This document shows positions 38,593 to 47,647 of a stretch of 64,000 bases of DNA, in pieces. A program made the position numbers and the translations under genes. The stretch covers positions 22,940,001 to 23,004,000 of the forward strand of contig NC_043005.1 in assembly GCF_006345805.1 (NCBI RefSeq). Direction: 5' to 3'. The notes under the pieces were generated by a model, which saw only the letters and a program-made list of their open reading frames with translations, made no database searches and was not told where the DNA came from. The stretch comes from Octopus sinensis (lineage: Eukaryota). How positions within the stretch are numbered: the stretch's first letter is position 1; every line of letters begins with the position of its first letter.

Positions 38593-39112
38593 ATGGAGTG
38601 GATTAGTGAAAGAAAGGAGTACTCAACACATTGATAGAATTTACATACATTATTATTTAAAAGTTTGCTTCCGTTCCATGCAACTTAAAGTTTTGTAGGC
38701 TTCTAACAGAAACCCAGCTCATTCAGGTTTAGAGTACTGAATGAAGAAAGACAGGAAGTCCAAGATGGCTACTGGAAAATGGGCTGCTGTTGATAAAGGC
38801 AGGTGACATAATGATGTTAGAAGTAAGGTTGGCATTTCAGTGACACCAGATACCTTTATACATAAATGCAAGACTACATACACACAGACATGCATGCACA
38901 CACACATGCATGCACTCATCTATGTACATATACTTCTCCTCTCTTCCCTGCCCCTACACCACCAAACCTCAGTCCAATGCCTATTTCCCACCCCCAGGGA
39001 ACAAAAACAATATATACAATACACACATATATATATGTGTGTATATATGTATGAAGGGATGTGTGTATGTATGTATGTATGCAGGGATTCGTGTGCATGT
39101 GTGTGCGTATGC

Positions 39113-39144
<32 letters not shown>

Positions 39145-42100
39145 AAAAGAGAAAATTGAAAGTGGGAGAGGCAAATATACACATACAAAGACATGAACAT
39201 TTTCCATGTTTTAAATTCAATGCACAGTGAGAAATAATCAGAAAGGTGGCATATTTTATGATAATAGCAGAAATTAGAGATAAAACTGAAAATACGTGTC
39301 AAAAACAACATTTTAAGAATTCAGTTCATTGTTTATATACATTTTCAGATATAAGAGTTCAGAAGGTCATGATTTAACTCATTTTTTCTTTTTCTCTTAC
39401 ATAATAATTTCATAAATTCAGATAATGGAATCTTTAAGGACAATTGTATCCACAGTGAGCACAAAAAACCATCATGATGTTCCCAGATGACATTCAATTT
39501 ATCAAGATATTAAGTGAAAGAAAAATACCAGTGTTTCAAGGCTAAGAAATTAGTTTATCACAAGATTTACATATCATATTGATATCCAAGGTGCAGGCAC
39601 AGCTGTGAGGTTAAGAAGTCTGCATTTCAACTACATGGTTTTGGTTCAGTCCTACTGTATGGCACCTTCTAGTATAGCCCTGGGCCAACCAAAGCCTTGT
39701 GAGTGAATTTCATTGACGAAAACTGTCTCTCATACACAAATATGTGTGTATGTGTGTGTGTGTGTGTGTGTGTGGGTGTGTGTGTGTATGTGTGTATATA
39801 CATACATATATCATATATGTGCTTTGTGTGTGTGTGTGTTTGTGTCTCCTTGTTTTGACATCACATGATAGTTGTAAGCAGGTATCACCATCAATCAAGT
39901 GATGTCCTTTGTTTCTAAACTTCTGTCTAGCTATAGGAAAATATTACCATCCTTGGAAACAGGCAAAGGTTAGTGAAAGAAGGGTATCTGGTCATTAAAA
40001 ATTATAATTCTATGAATTCTGTTAGACCAGTGCAAGCATGGAAAAATAAACATTAAAAATGATGAAGATTTTTAATAGTCATTTTTCTATATTAGCATGA
40101 GTTGGGCAAGTCTGTAGCATGACATATCTCAAGACCCACTTATTCTCTATCATCTCATGTGTGAAATTAAATTTCTCTTATTCAAGTTCATAATTTCTTT
40201 CAATGTTGTCCTTGGTTTGCCTCTACAACAGATGATACATTTTACCCCAATAACAATTGTCATGTGATATAGAACATGCAATATAAGTGCTGGTACATGT
40301 GATATAAGTGGACAGCATTAGTCTATTTATATCACATCCTAACAATATAGCTATCAAGCCTCTTCATAGTCGCTTGGCCTTTACAAATAATAGCTAGATC
40401 TGCAGCAAATCACACATTACTAATTTCAGTGTGCAAAGAACACACTGAAGGAGGTTTGTAGTCTTTTATATACTACTAAAAAGACTGCATGGTCAAGGCG
40501 AGAATATCTTTGATTTTCAGACTACTTAGACAGGGATGACATATGGTTAAACAACACTAAGCAATGTTTCAATTCCTGATTAAAACCAATACGATTCATT
40601 CATAATGTTACTGATCTTAAGAAAGACATGGACATCATAAATTATTATTATTTTTATTATTTATTCTTTTTCCTCTCGGGTTTTGTTGTAACTCCAAGAG
40701 TTTTGCATGTATAGCAGGCTTGCTGCCTGCAGCCTAAGGTACCATGCTATCTGTTCTTTTCAACTACCTAATACTTTCCTGATTATTCTGGCCATACCAA
40801 AAAGGCAAACCTTTTGTAACAGTTCTACTGGGCACTCTATTCTGATTTCCTTTATATTCCCCTTGATGCCTTCTGATACTGTCCTTAGGAAACCAACAAT
40901 AACTGACACTATCTTCACCTTCATTTTCCATAGCCAGGCTATTTCGTACTTAAGAGGGTTGTATATATCTTTTTTTTTTTCACCTTCTTTCTTGACTATT
41001 CGTGGGTCAAAGGGGCATGCAACATCAGCTATAAAGCACATGTAGTGCATCTTGTTCACCACCACTAGGTTCAGTCTGTTATGCTCTAGCACCTGATCTG
41101 TTTGGATTGGTAAATCCCACAGGATTTTGCAGGTCTCCGACTCAACCACTCTCTGTAGTTTGTGCTCATACCATGTTTTGCCTCTATCTAACCCCCACTT
41201 TTTGCAGTTTCCAATGGAGCACTTTTGCTACTTCATTGTGTCATCACAACATGTAATGGTTTTGGGAAAGTCTAGGACATTCATTCCCTATATGGGCAAT
41301 AGTTTTGTCCACTCTATTACAGATGCAGTACAGTGGAGACACTTGCTCATTCCTAAGGCTGACCCTCCAATCCATGGCCAAAGACTGGTTTTGTGCAGCC
41401 AGTATAGTGCTCTCAGTCTCTTTTCTCAGTGTTCTTTCTTCAGCCAATCCTACATGTTTTCCAGCAACTTCAGTTGCAGATACATGGAATTGATTGTGTA
41501 GTCCCTTGTTGCATAATGCTTTTTCATGTCCTTTTTTGTATTTCTTCCTTTGTTTTTCCCTTTTTCTCTGCTTTCAATACTCCCTCATTCCTAACAGATA
41601 CTAACAAGGTTTCCTTACTTTGGGAAAAGTATCTCATTAAGCTCCCAGTTTGATATGCACACAGTCTTCCTCCATTTGCTCTTTCCATGTATAGGTGATC
41701 AGTGTCTGCATGTGGATGATAGACTCCATGTATCGTTAGGAGCTTTCTTGACTTCCTGTCCATCTCCTTCAGCTCCTCTTCGAGCCACTTCAGGATTCCA
41801 ATGCCATACCAGACTATTGCAACTACACACAAGTTTATTGCCAAAATGATGTTTCTGGCATTCAACTTTGAAACCAATTTTTTTTTTCTCACTCACTTCC
41901 TTTGTCTTTTCTTTCATAGTATTATGTTTAATTTCATCTGCCTTTTTCATAACTGGATTATTATTATCATTATTATTAAGGTGGTGAGCTGGCAGAATCA
42001 TTAGCATGCCAGGCGAAATGCCTCGCAGTATTTCATCCATCTTTATGTTGCGAGTTCAAATTTCACAGAGGTCGACTTTACCTTTCATCCTTTTGGTGTT

Positions 42101-43694
42101 GATTAAATAAGTACCTGTTGAGTACTGGGGTTGATGTCATCAATTTACCCCCTCCCCCAAATTTCAGGCCTTGAGCCCATAATAGAAAGTATTATCATTA
42201 TTAATTCTCTTTATCACAGGTTTTGTTGGACCTCCTGCTACCTACAGCCTACGGTACCATGCTAGCCATTCTTTTCAGCTATCTAATACTTCCTGATTAT
42301 TCTGGCTGTGCCACGGAGGAAAACCTTTTGTAACAGTTCTACTGGGCACTCTATTCCAATTTCTTAACTTCCTGTCCATCTCCTTTAGCTCTTCTTCTGT
42401 CCACTTCACGATTCCAGTGCCATACCAAACTATTGCAGCTGCACGCGAATTTATTGCCAAAATCATGTTTCTGGCATTCAGCTTTGAAGCCAATAATTTT
42501 CTCACTCACCACTCTTTGTTTTTCCTTCATGTTGATATGCTTGATTTCATCTGCCTCAAGTATTCCCAGGTATTTATAGCTGGATTGAGGTTGAATTGTC
42601 TTCATCGTTTCACCACTTAGCAACCATACGCTGTCTGTCCTAACAAGTTTTCCTCATCTCATCACCATCATAGCACATTTTGACAGTTCAAACTCCATCT
42701 TAATATCATTGGAGAGATTCTGCACAGACTAGACTAGGCTGTCCAGTTCTGCCTTAGCTTTTGTGAATAGCTTGGAGGCACAATGGCCCAATGGTTAGGG
42801 CAGCGGACTCGCGGTCAGAGGATCGCGGTTTTGATTCCCAGACCGGGCGTTGTGTGTGTTTATTGAGCGAAAACACTTAAAAGCTCCACGAGGCTCCAGC
42901 AGGGGGTGGTGACCCCTGTTGTACTCTTTCGCCACAACTTTCTCTCACTCTCTCTTCCTGTTTCTTGAGTAATGCTGCGATGGTCTGGCATCCCGTCCAG
43001 CTGGGGGAACACATACATCACAGAAACCGGGAAACCGGGCCCATGAGCCTGGCTAGGCTTGAAAAGGGCAACGTTTATGGGGTTTTTTTGTGTGAATAGC
43101 CTCAGGTCATCCATGAAATAGCAAGTGGTTCAGTTTTCCTTTGCCACTTCCCAGATCATACCTGAACTTTGTTTTCTGTAGAATTTCACTCATGGAGATC
43201 ATTCCTAGCATGAAGATCAGTGGGGACACACTGCCTCCCCTGAAAGATTCCTCTCTGGATGTTCACCTCTCCTAATATTTGATTCCCTGCTGTCAATTCC
43301 GTTCTCGAGCACTTCATGCTATTCCATATAAGGCTTCTCATATTTTCTGCTACTCCATACATTTCCATTGTTTTTATTATCCAGGAGTGTGTTATCGTAT
43401 CGTTTATGATAATCAACCCATGCCATGCTCATGTTTGTGTGTCTTCTCTTGCAGTTCCTGATAATTAGATTATTAATTAAGAGCTGATCCTTCATACCCC
43501 AGTTCCTCTTTCGGCACTCTTTCTGTTCAATGGGTAGCAGCCCATTATTTTCCAAGTATCTGTACAGTTCACTGGCCAAAGCACCAGACATTAGTTTCCA
43601 CATTAACAGAAAGCATGTTATTGGTCTAAAGTTGGATGCAACATTTTCCTTTTCATGATCCTTGCCACATAACAATGTCTTTCCTTTGTCATCC

Positions 43695-43730
<36 letters not shown>

Positions 43731-44579
43731 GTTATTATTATTATTATTATCATTGAGTGAGAGAGCAGTTCATGCCATCAAAGTGACACTGGGGTAAAAT
43801 ATACGAAGCCCAATATACCCATCATGACTACCTGTCTGATAAAGGTACACCAGGCACATGCATCACAACCATATGTGCGCGACATGGTGATCTCATATCA
43901 AGATAAACAGCACATGACCTTGCAGGTGGGGCCCAGTTAGAATTTTCTTCAGGTTGAGTAGCTCATCCCGCTCAAACGGTCCCTGAATAAGGGTTGTTTA
44001 AGGATGTTGAAAGAACCACCCATGTTTCCAGAGGTGAACTATTCAAACCCCAAAGACTCCCTCTCAACACATGGCTATGATGCTCCCCCACTACTTCTGC
44101 TCGTGATCAGAGATGCACATATCGTCAGCCACTAAGGGACATGCTCAACTGGTTAAGGTCAAACAACTGACAAGCAAATCTGTGGTATTGAGCAGAATAT
44201 TTGCTGTAGCCCATCTTTTATACCAAGACAAAACAATGTACATGATAACACTTCCAATCAGTTAAGATCAGAAGCCATGAGAGCCACTGCCTGGTACTGC
44301 ATCAGGGCATTATTTATTATCATTATTATTATCATTATTATTATCATTATTATTATTATTATTAAGACAGTGAGCTGGCAGAATCATTAGCATGCTGGAC
44401 AAAATGCTTAGCAGCATTTCACCCATTACTACCTTTCTGAGTTCAAATTCTGCTGAGGACAACTTTACCTTTCGTCCTTTCAGGGTCAATAAAATAAGCA
44501 CCAGTTGAACACTGGGGTCAATGTAACCAACTCATCCCTTCCTCCAAAAGTCCTGCCCTTGTGGCAAAATTTGAAACCC

Positions 44580-44620
<41 letters not shown>

Positions 44621-44710
44621 GCATGAGTTCAATGAGTAGTCACAATCTGAATCATTTCTTACTGGGAGGTAATGCTCCTGAAGAATGGTCCTCTATTATT
44701 ATTGCTGTTG

Positions 44711-44744
<34 letters not shown>

Positions 44745-45468
44745 AAGCAATATCCATGGAAATTCCACAGTTATTTTGAAAACTGTAAAATGGATGAAAG
44801 TTTATTTCTTTTGAAATTGTATTTTTTTCTGAAACAAATAATTCTTGAGATGGTGTAAAAGTTCACATAGGCTGTATTGAAGGTGCAATCTTAGGAATGG
44901 CACCGACAGTGACAGCTATGACAATGATAAAGAAAACCAGGAAGGTGAAGACAAACATAAACAAGAAGCTATGAAGAATTTGGATCATTGAGGAGTTAGT
45001 ATTCTTGGATGACAATAAACTTAACTTCAACAAATTTTTTGCCCAAATCATCCAAATATTTACCATAGTTAATCAAACTTCACACAATTATCACTAAAAT
45101 ATTCACAATTATACAATTTTTTTCATAATCACTCATATTTTCTCAATAATCACCCAAATGTTTTCAATAATCATACAAACTTTTCTTTAAAAGCAAAAAC
45201 ATCAAGCAAAAACAAAAATGATAAAAACCTCTTTGGGGAAAAATGGTGCCATAATGGAAAGGGATATTGATGATAAAAGGTCACTCAAACATATTCCACC
45301 AATGAGAAGTTTTTGGTCATATGAAAGACTGGACCATAAGAATCTGTTGTTAGAATCTGTGTCAGAAGGCACTGATTTAAGATTTGAAACTGCTTCCACA
45401 ACTTTAGTATCATTGTGAAAATAATCTTCTGTCCGTGATTTAGATCGTACAAGAAAAGCATTAGGCAT
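2910..45468 (-). CDS. SLC18B1: MFS-type transporter SLC18B1-like (vesicular polyamine transporter); 9 coding exons in window (1064 nt, about 354 aa), 3' end outside window
   Basis: Exons 45229-45468, 28340-28435, 25463-25536, 21617-21776, 15382-15450, 12503-12593, 8151-8290, 6455-6553, 2910-3004 join in frame with GT-AG sites; peptides ([66 protein letters not shown]) are collinear with SLC18B1 as recalled. Confidence 0.9.
3471..3714. repeat. Long inverted repeat / hairpin (arms about 115 bp)
   Basis: cacacaatattttttcttcacttgtttattactgttattttatt mirrored by aataaaataacagtaataaacaagtgaagaaaaaaatattgtgtg; centre about 3590. Confidence 0.9.
3936..4820 (-). mobile_element. RTE-clade LINE 3' fragment
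   Basis: [16 protein letters not shown]-terminal peptide; 3' UTR shared with the 55493 element; (GAT)n tail. Confidence 0.85.
5541..5624 (+). ncRNA. Type I hammerhead ribozyme motif
   Basis: TGG-CTGATGA-(59-nt stem II hairpin)-GAAA-CGATCG-TA-CCA; stem I TGG/CCA, palindromic stem III ACGATCGT, predicted cleavage after A5621 (GUA). Confidence 0.7.
6455..6553 (-). CDS. SLC18B1: SLC18B1-like coding exon 8 ([33 protein letters not shown])
   Basis: gtttcag acceptor, GTG|gtaagt donor, 99 nt, phase 0 to 0. Confidence 0.92.
6765..7594 (-). mobile_element. Mariner transposon, 3'-truncated degenerate copy
   Basis: One TIR at about 7565-7594 followed by (TA)n; ORF 7130..7411 encodes mariner N-terminal HTH; homologous to 26615..27890. 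Confidence 0.88.
8151..8290 (-). CDS. SLC18B1: SLC18B1-like coding exon 7 ([47 protein letters not shown])
   Basis: ttttcag acceptor, ATG|gtaagt donor, 140 nt, phase 1 to 0. Confidence 0.92.
8455..8675. mobile_element. piggyBac-type MITE
   Basis: TTAA|CCCTTTAGTGTTTAAAC ... GTCTGAATGTTAAAGGG|TTAA; 221 bp, imperfect TIRs, no ORF. Confidence 0.75.
9088..10153 (+). mobile_element. Internally deleted piggyBac element with transposase N-terminus
   Basis: TTAA TSDs (9084-9087, 10154-10157), 12-bp perfect TIR CCCTTTCGTTAC, ORF 9368..9760 with acidic N-terminus then ALDYFFSLF...[10 protein letters not shown]. Confidence 0.9.
10514..11060 (+). mobile_element. Penelope-like pseudo-LTR / retrozyme-like unit with 5' fold-back hairpin and hammerhead remnant
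   Basis: Hairpin 10514-10768; 33-bp direct repeat TACCTCTTATGTGTTTAAATGTACACTGTATTT at 10637 and 11025; hammerhead motif 10929-10997; ends in (TA)n. Confidence 0.65.
10929..10997 (+). ncRNA. Type I hammerhead ribozyme, decayed copy (core G5>A)
   Basis: CCTG-CTAAAGA-AGGCT...AATCT-GAAA-CCATTGG-TC-CAGG; homologous to the 33506 copy. Confidence 0.6.
11950..12360 (+). repeat. Tandem trimer of 148-160 bp units, each with a degenerate hammerhead core
   Basis: TACATCATGACAG anchor at 11968, 12128, 12276; each unit has YTGATKA-N16-GAAA-N4-TC-TGA. Confidence 0.75.
12503..12593 (-). CDS. SLC18B1: SLC18B1-like coding exon 6 ([30 protein letters not shown])
   Basis: aatcag acceptor, G|gtcagt donor, 91 nt, phase 0 to 1. 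Confidence 0.92.
12990..13965. mobile_element. Degenerate RTE-like LINE fragments
   Basis: [14 protein letters not shown]...VLENH and [27 protein letters not shown] remnants on +; C-terminal remnants on - at about 12990-13380. Confidence 0.6.
14085..15220 (+). mobile_element. Cluster of head-to-tail SINE copies separated by (ATT)n
   Basis: Repeated GGCAG..AGCTGGCAGAATC head and GTCAACTTTGCCTTTCATCCTTT...AAGTACC core; same family at 28635-29010, 41979-42190, 44366-44580 and inverted at about 23520-23700 and 53250-53450. Confidence 0.8.
15382..15450 (-). CDS. SLC18B1: SLC18B1-like coding exon 5 ([23 protein letters not shown])
   Basis: tttttacag acceptor, AGT|gtaata donor, 69 nt; MFS motif C-like GxxxGPxxGG. 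Confidence 0.93.
15731..16148 (-). repeat. 3' LTR
   Basis: TGTAAC...ACTACA; 3 differences from the 5' LTR by eye; minus-strand AATAAA at 15856-15861. Confidence 0.97.
16152..16160 (-). promoter_or_regulatory. Polypurine tract
   Basis: GGAGGGGAG 3 nt before the 3' LTR on the minus strand. Confidence 0.85.
16524..19523 (-). pseudogene. pol: Gypsy pol (protease, RT, RNase H, integrase), split by frameshifts in this sequence
   Basis: VDTGS/ILGADFL (PR), DYRRLN and YVDD (RT), VDASD..IGAVL/ELLA/TDHKPL (RH), HSLSHPG..CSKCQ, HIDL/TDRG/VERFH and PYKGPF (IN). Confidence 0.95.
19484..20008 (-). CDS. gag: Gypsy gag-like ORF (short, probably internally deleted)
   Basis: LWFAQVE...IRDLI...[23 protein letters not shown]; ends G GAA AAC TAA overlapping pol; open frame starts at ACC-ATA (20008) right after an in-frame TAG. 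Confidence 0.8.
   Translation of the reverse strand: MPSAPFSQIPSDKGTASGLPSFTGDMGLWFAQVEWYFDAHAISPQQQLHLLYSGLHPRLAASIRDLIISPHPDATYASVKAEILRRNTRSGESNIQIATMADGILEFPNPSPSRGLCACIGGPAQISLTERIDALTRRIDDLSRAIERRQRSRSRSTKRADRCTQPCIFKPSEN
20335..20344 (-). promoter_or_regulatory. Primer binding site, tRNA-Trp type
   Basis: TGGTGACCCC 2 nt after the 5' LTR, complementary to the GGGGUCACCA 3' end of eukaryotic tRNA-Trp. Confidence 0.8.
20347..20764 (-). repeat. 5' LTR
   Basis: 418 bp, near-identical to 15731..16148, adjacent to the PBS. Confidence 0.97.
20870..21050 (+). mobile_element. RTE 3' end fragment
   Basis: AGGAAGGGCATCCAGCTGTAGAAAC...CCATGCCAGCATGG...(GAT)n. Confidence 0.8.
21617..21776 (-). 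CDS. SLC18B1: SLC18B1-like coding exon 4 ([53 protein letters not shown])
   Basis: ttttttag acceptor, TTT|gtaagt donor, 160 nt, phase 2 to 0. Confidence 0.92.
25463..25536 (-). CDS. SLC18B1: SLC18B1-like coding exon 3 ([25 protein letters not shown])
   Basis: ttccacag acceptor, GG|gtaagt donor, 74 nt, phase 0 to 2. Confidence 0.93.
26615..27890 (+). mobile_element. Full-length degenerate mariner (D,D34D type) transposon
   Basis: About 28-bp imperfect TIRs (TTGGGTCATCCCATAAATAATG / CATTATTTATGAGAAGATCCAA) with TA at the right; [30 protein letters not shown]; multiple stops and frameshifts; 1276 bp. Confidence 0.95.
28340..28435 (-). CDS. SLC18B1: SLC18B1-like coding exon 2 ([32 protein letters not shown])
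   Basis: ttttttcag acceptor, CTT|gtaagt donor, 96 nt, phase 0 to 0. Confidence 0.93.
29043..29495 (-). mobile_element. R4/Dong-like LINE C-terminal remnant
   Basis: Minus strand ...[16 protein letters not shown] near 29360-29420; abuts (ATT)n. Confidence 0.5.
32961..33730 (+). mobile_element. Penelope-like pseudo-LTR / retrozyme-like unit with 5' inverted repeat and hammerhead
   Basis: Inverted repeat 32961-33143; homology to the 10820-11060 unit; hammerhead 33506-33579; shared 3' end TTATGTGTTTAAATGYACACT then TA-rich tail. Confidence 0.65.
33506..33579 (+). ncRNA. Type I hammerhead ribozyme motif with intact core
   Basis: TCCTG-CTGAAGA-AGATT...AATCA-GAAA-CCAATTGG-TC-CAGGA; 5-bp stem I, palindromic stem III ACCAATTGGT, GUC cleavage site (after 33574). 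Confidence 0.8.
34547..34960 (-). mobile_element. Penelope-like element GIY-YIG endonuclease remnant
   Basis: [13 protein letters not shown]...[50 protein letters not shown] in broken frames. Confidence 0.75.
35035..37016. repeat. Near-identical tandem duplication A-A (period about 993 bp)
   Basis: Identical ORFs 35093/36086 and 35620/36615; junctions in (TG)n. Confidence 0.95.
37017..39140. repeat. Near-identical tandem duplication B-B (period about 1052 bp), each copy with an RTE 3' fragment
   Basis: Near-identical ORFs 37270/38322 and 37789/38840; junctions in (TG)n. Confidence 0.95.
40665..41957 (-). mobile_element. R4/Dong-clade (RLE) non-LTR retrotransposon, 3' portion
   Basis: [11 protein letters not shown]...LYMERANGG; [15 protein letters not shown]-x2-C..HI...C knuckle; [14 protein letters not shown]...IADVACPFD...KKDIY restriction-like endonuclease; (TAA)n at both ends. 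Confidence 0.85.
42205..43697 (-). mobile_element. Second R4/Dong-clade copy (RT region, internal deletion, SINE insertion)
   Basis: [45 protein letters not shown]; flanked by (TAA)n. Confidence 0.85.
42772..43090 (+). mobile_element. tRNA-derived SINE with 10-bp TSD
   Basis: A-box TGGCCCAATGG, B-box-like GGTTTTGATTCC; TSD TGTGAATAGC at 42762-42771 and 43091-43100; CpGs retained. Confidence 0.88.
43756..44310. repeat. Interspersed non-coding repeat embedded in (ATT)n; partial copy at 14449-14607
   Basis: Shared CATGCCATCAAA.TGACACTGGGGTAAAATATA...CCCATCATGACTA sequence; ATT tracts on both sides. Confidence 0.7.
45229..45468 (-). CDS. SLC18B1: SLC18B1-like first coding exon ([10 protein letters not shown]...[27 protein letters not shown])
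   Basis: ATG at 45468 with upstream in-frame TGA; acceptor ttttccag puts the exon start at 45536; donor GAG|gttttt; TM1 motif APFFPKE. Confidence 0.85.
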
Positions 45469-46762
45469 TTTTTTGTCCAAGTATTTTTTAACATCCCACA
45501 CGAGTCAGCTTCAGCAAATTTTGGATTAAAATAACTCTGGAAAAGAAATGAAAAACAATATTAGAGTAATAAAAACAAAATATTAAAATTTTTTTTTAAT
45601 GAAAAATGAATTTTTACATAGGTTTATGATCAATGAATTTAGAAATGGCAGAGGCTGAAACAGTGAAACAAGCTACTAAGGGAAAAAGTCTGAAAACTAA
45701 GGCAAAGGAACATCAACATGGTCATTTATAGAAATCATATAAGAATTTGAAATGATTTAAAATCTGAAATATTGTATCAGTTGTACACTCTCACTCTCTA
45801 TAATGTTTACACTTATAGGGTTACTATTATATTGTAACTTATTTACTTTTTACTTACAGGGGCACTGCCTTGAAGGGCTTTTAACAGATCAACCCCAACA
45901 CTTGTTTCTTAAGTCTCAAATTCATTCTAGTGATATTTTTTGACAAACTGCTAAGTTAAGGGAAAGTAAGCAAACCAGCCTTAGTTATGCAGTGGGGGAA
46001 GAACAACATGGACACAAAGACACACATACAACAGGCTTCCACACAGTTTCTGCTTATCTTACAAGACATTGATTAGCCCAGAGCAATAGTGGAAGATTCC
46101 AAGGTGCTGCACAGTGGGACTGAACCCAAAACCACATGATTGCAAAGTGAGCTTCTAAACCACACAGTCATGCTTACTTCATTTAATTTGTTTTGCTTTG
46201 ACTCATTTCCATTTAGTGACAGCTATAGATAGAGCTCATTAAAAGTCACAATATCACTAAATATAGCCTTTCTCCAACTGATTATTATCATGAAAGATAT
46301 GAAACTTAAGCTTAGATATGGGTAATATACATTCACTTTGATATATACTTTGTGATTTGTTTTTCAGTTTCATTATTTACATTAACTGCATTCTATTTCT
46401 AATACAAATTACTGACTAGTCTTACAACAATTACAATATACTGATACGTTTTGTGAAACATATATATATATATATAGAGGTTAGTTGAGTTAGAGGTTAT
46501 AATAACCATCTAAGGGATGAAAGTATCCAAAATACTACTGGTATATTACCTATATTTAAACATGGGTAAAAGTATTATGCTCATAAATTATAGGTAAAAA
46601 CAAGGTTAAAAAAGAGTTTATCAAGATTCAAAATTTTCTGTTTTCTACCAAATCTACTCGAAGTTTTGACCAGCCTGAGACTATAGAAGAAGATACTTGC
46701 CCAAGATGTCACACAATCAAACTGAACTTGAAACTATATGGTTGAGAATATATAAATATAGA

Positions 46763-46970
46763 TGTACCGGCCTTTGCCTTTCCCTTGGACAACATTGGAG
46801 ATGCAAAGAGGGGAGGCCGGTGTGCATGGGTGACTGCTGGTCTTCTACAAACAACCTTGCCTGGACTTATGCCTTGGAGGGGAAATTCCTAGGTGCAATC
46901 TTATATATAATATATATAATCTTATATATATATATATATATATAATCTTATATATAATATAATATATAGT

Positions 46971-47015
<45 letters not shown>

Positions 47016-47201
47016 TATATAACTAAAAGGGTAAAGACCTCCTTTGGTCATGAATGACCATAAGATTGCACCTAGGAATTTCCCCTCCAAGGCATAAGTC
47101 CAGGCAAGGTTGTTTGTAGAAGACCAGCCGTCACCCATGCACACCGGCCTCCCCTCTTTGCATCTCCAATGTTGTCCAAGGGAAAGGCAAAGGCCGGTAC
47201 A
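46763..47201. repeat. Inverted duplication, 142-bp arms around (TA)n
   Basis: 46763-46904 is the reverse complement of 47060-47201 with one mismatch seen. Confidence 0.93.
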
Positions 47202-47324
47202 CCTTTGCATCAGTGACATAACTAATTTCTACAGTTGAGTGAACTGGAGCAATGTGAAATAAAGTATCAGGATTGTAAATCCAATGCCCTAATCACTGAG
47301 CTATGTGCTGTCATTCATTCATTC

Positions 47325-47518
47325 ATACATACATGCATGCATACATACATACATGAATGCATGCATACATACATACATACATACATGCATACATACATGC
47401 ATACATACATACATACATACATACATACATACATACATACATACATACATACATACATACATACATACATACATACATACATACATACATACATACATAC
47501 ATACATACATACATACAT
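47325..47518. repeat. (CATA)n microsatellite
   Basis: Direct reading. Confidence 0.98.
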
Positions 47519-47647
47519 GTACTCACAGGTTATCCATATCTAATGGATACCAGTTGCATCTATAGAGTGACATCATGTGTTGCTGATTACTGAAACAAAT
47601 GTAACAATTGGAATAAAGGAGTAGCAAGTTATGCCCATCTTCTCTTA

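Noticed and set aside
42772-42850. tRNA gene
   Set aside because: tRNA-like head continues into a SINE body with TSD and has a paralogue at 2150.
44230-44310. HDV-like ribozyme at the end of the TAA-embedded repeat
   Set aside because: Could not build P1 and P2 helices by eye.
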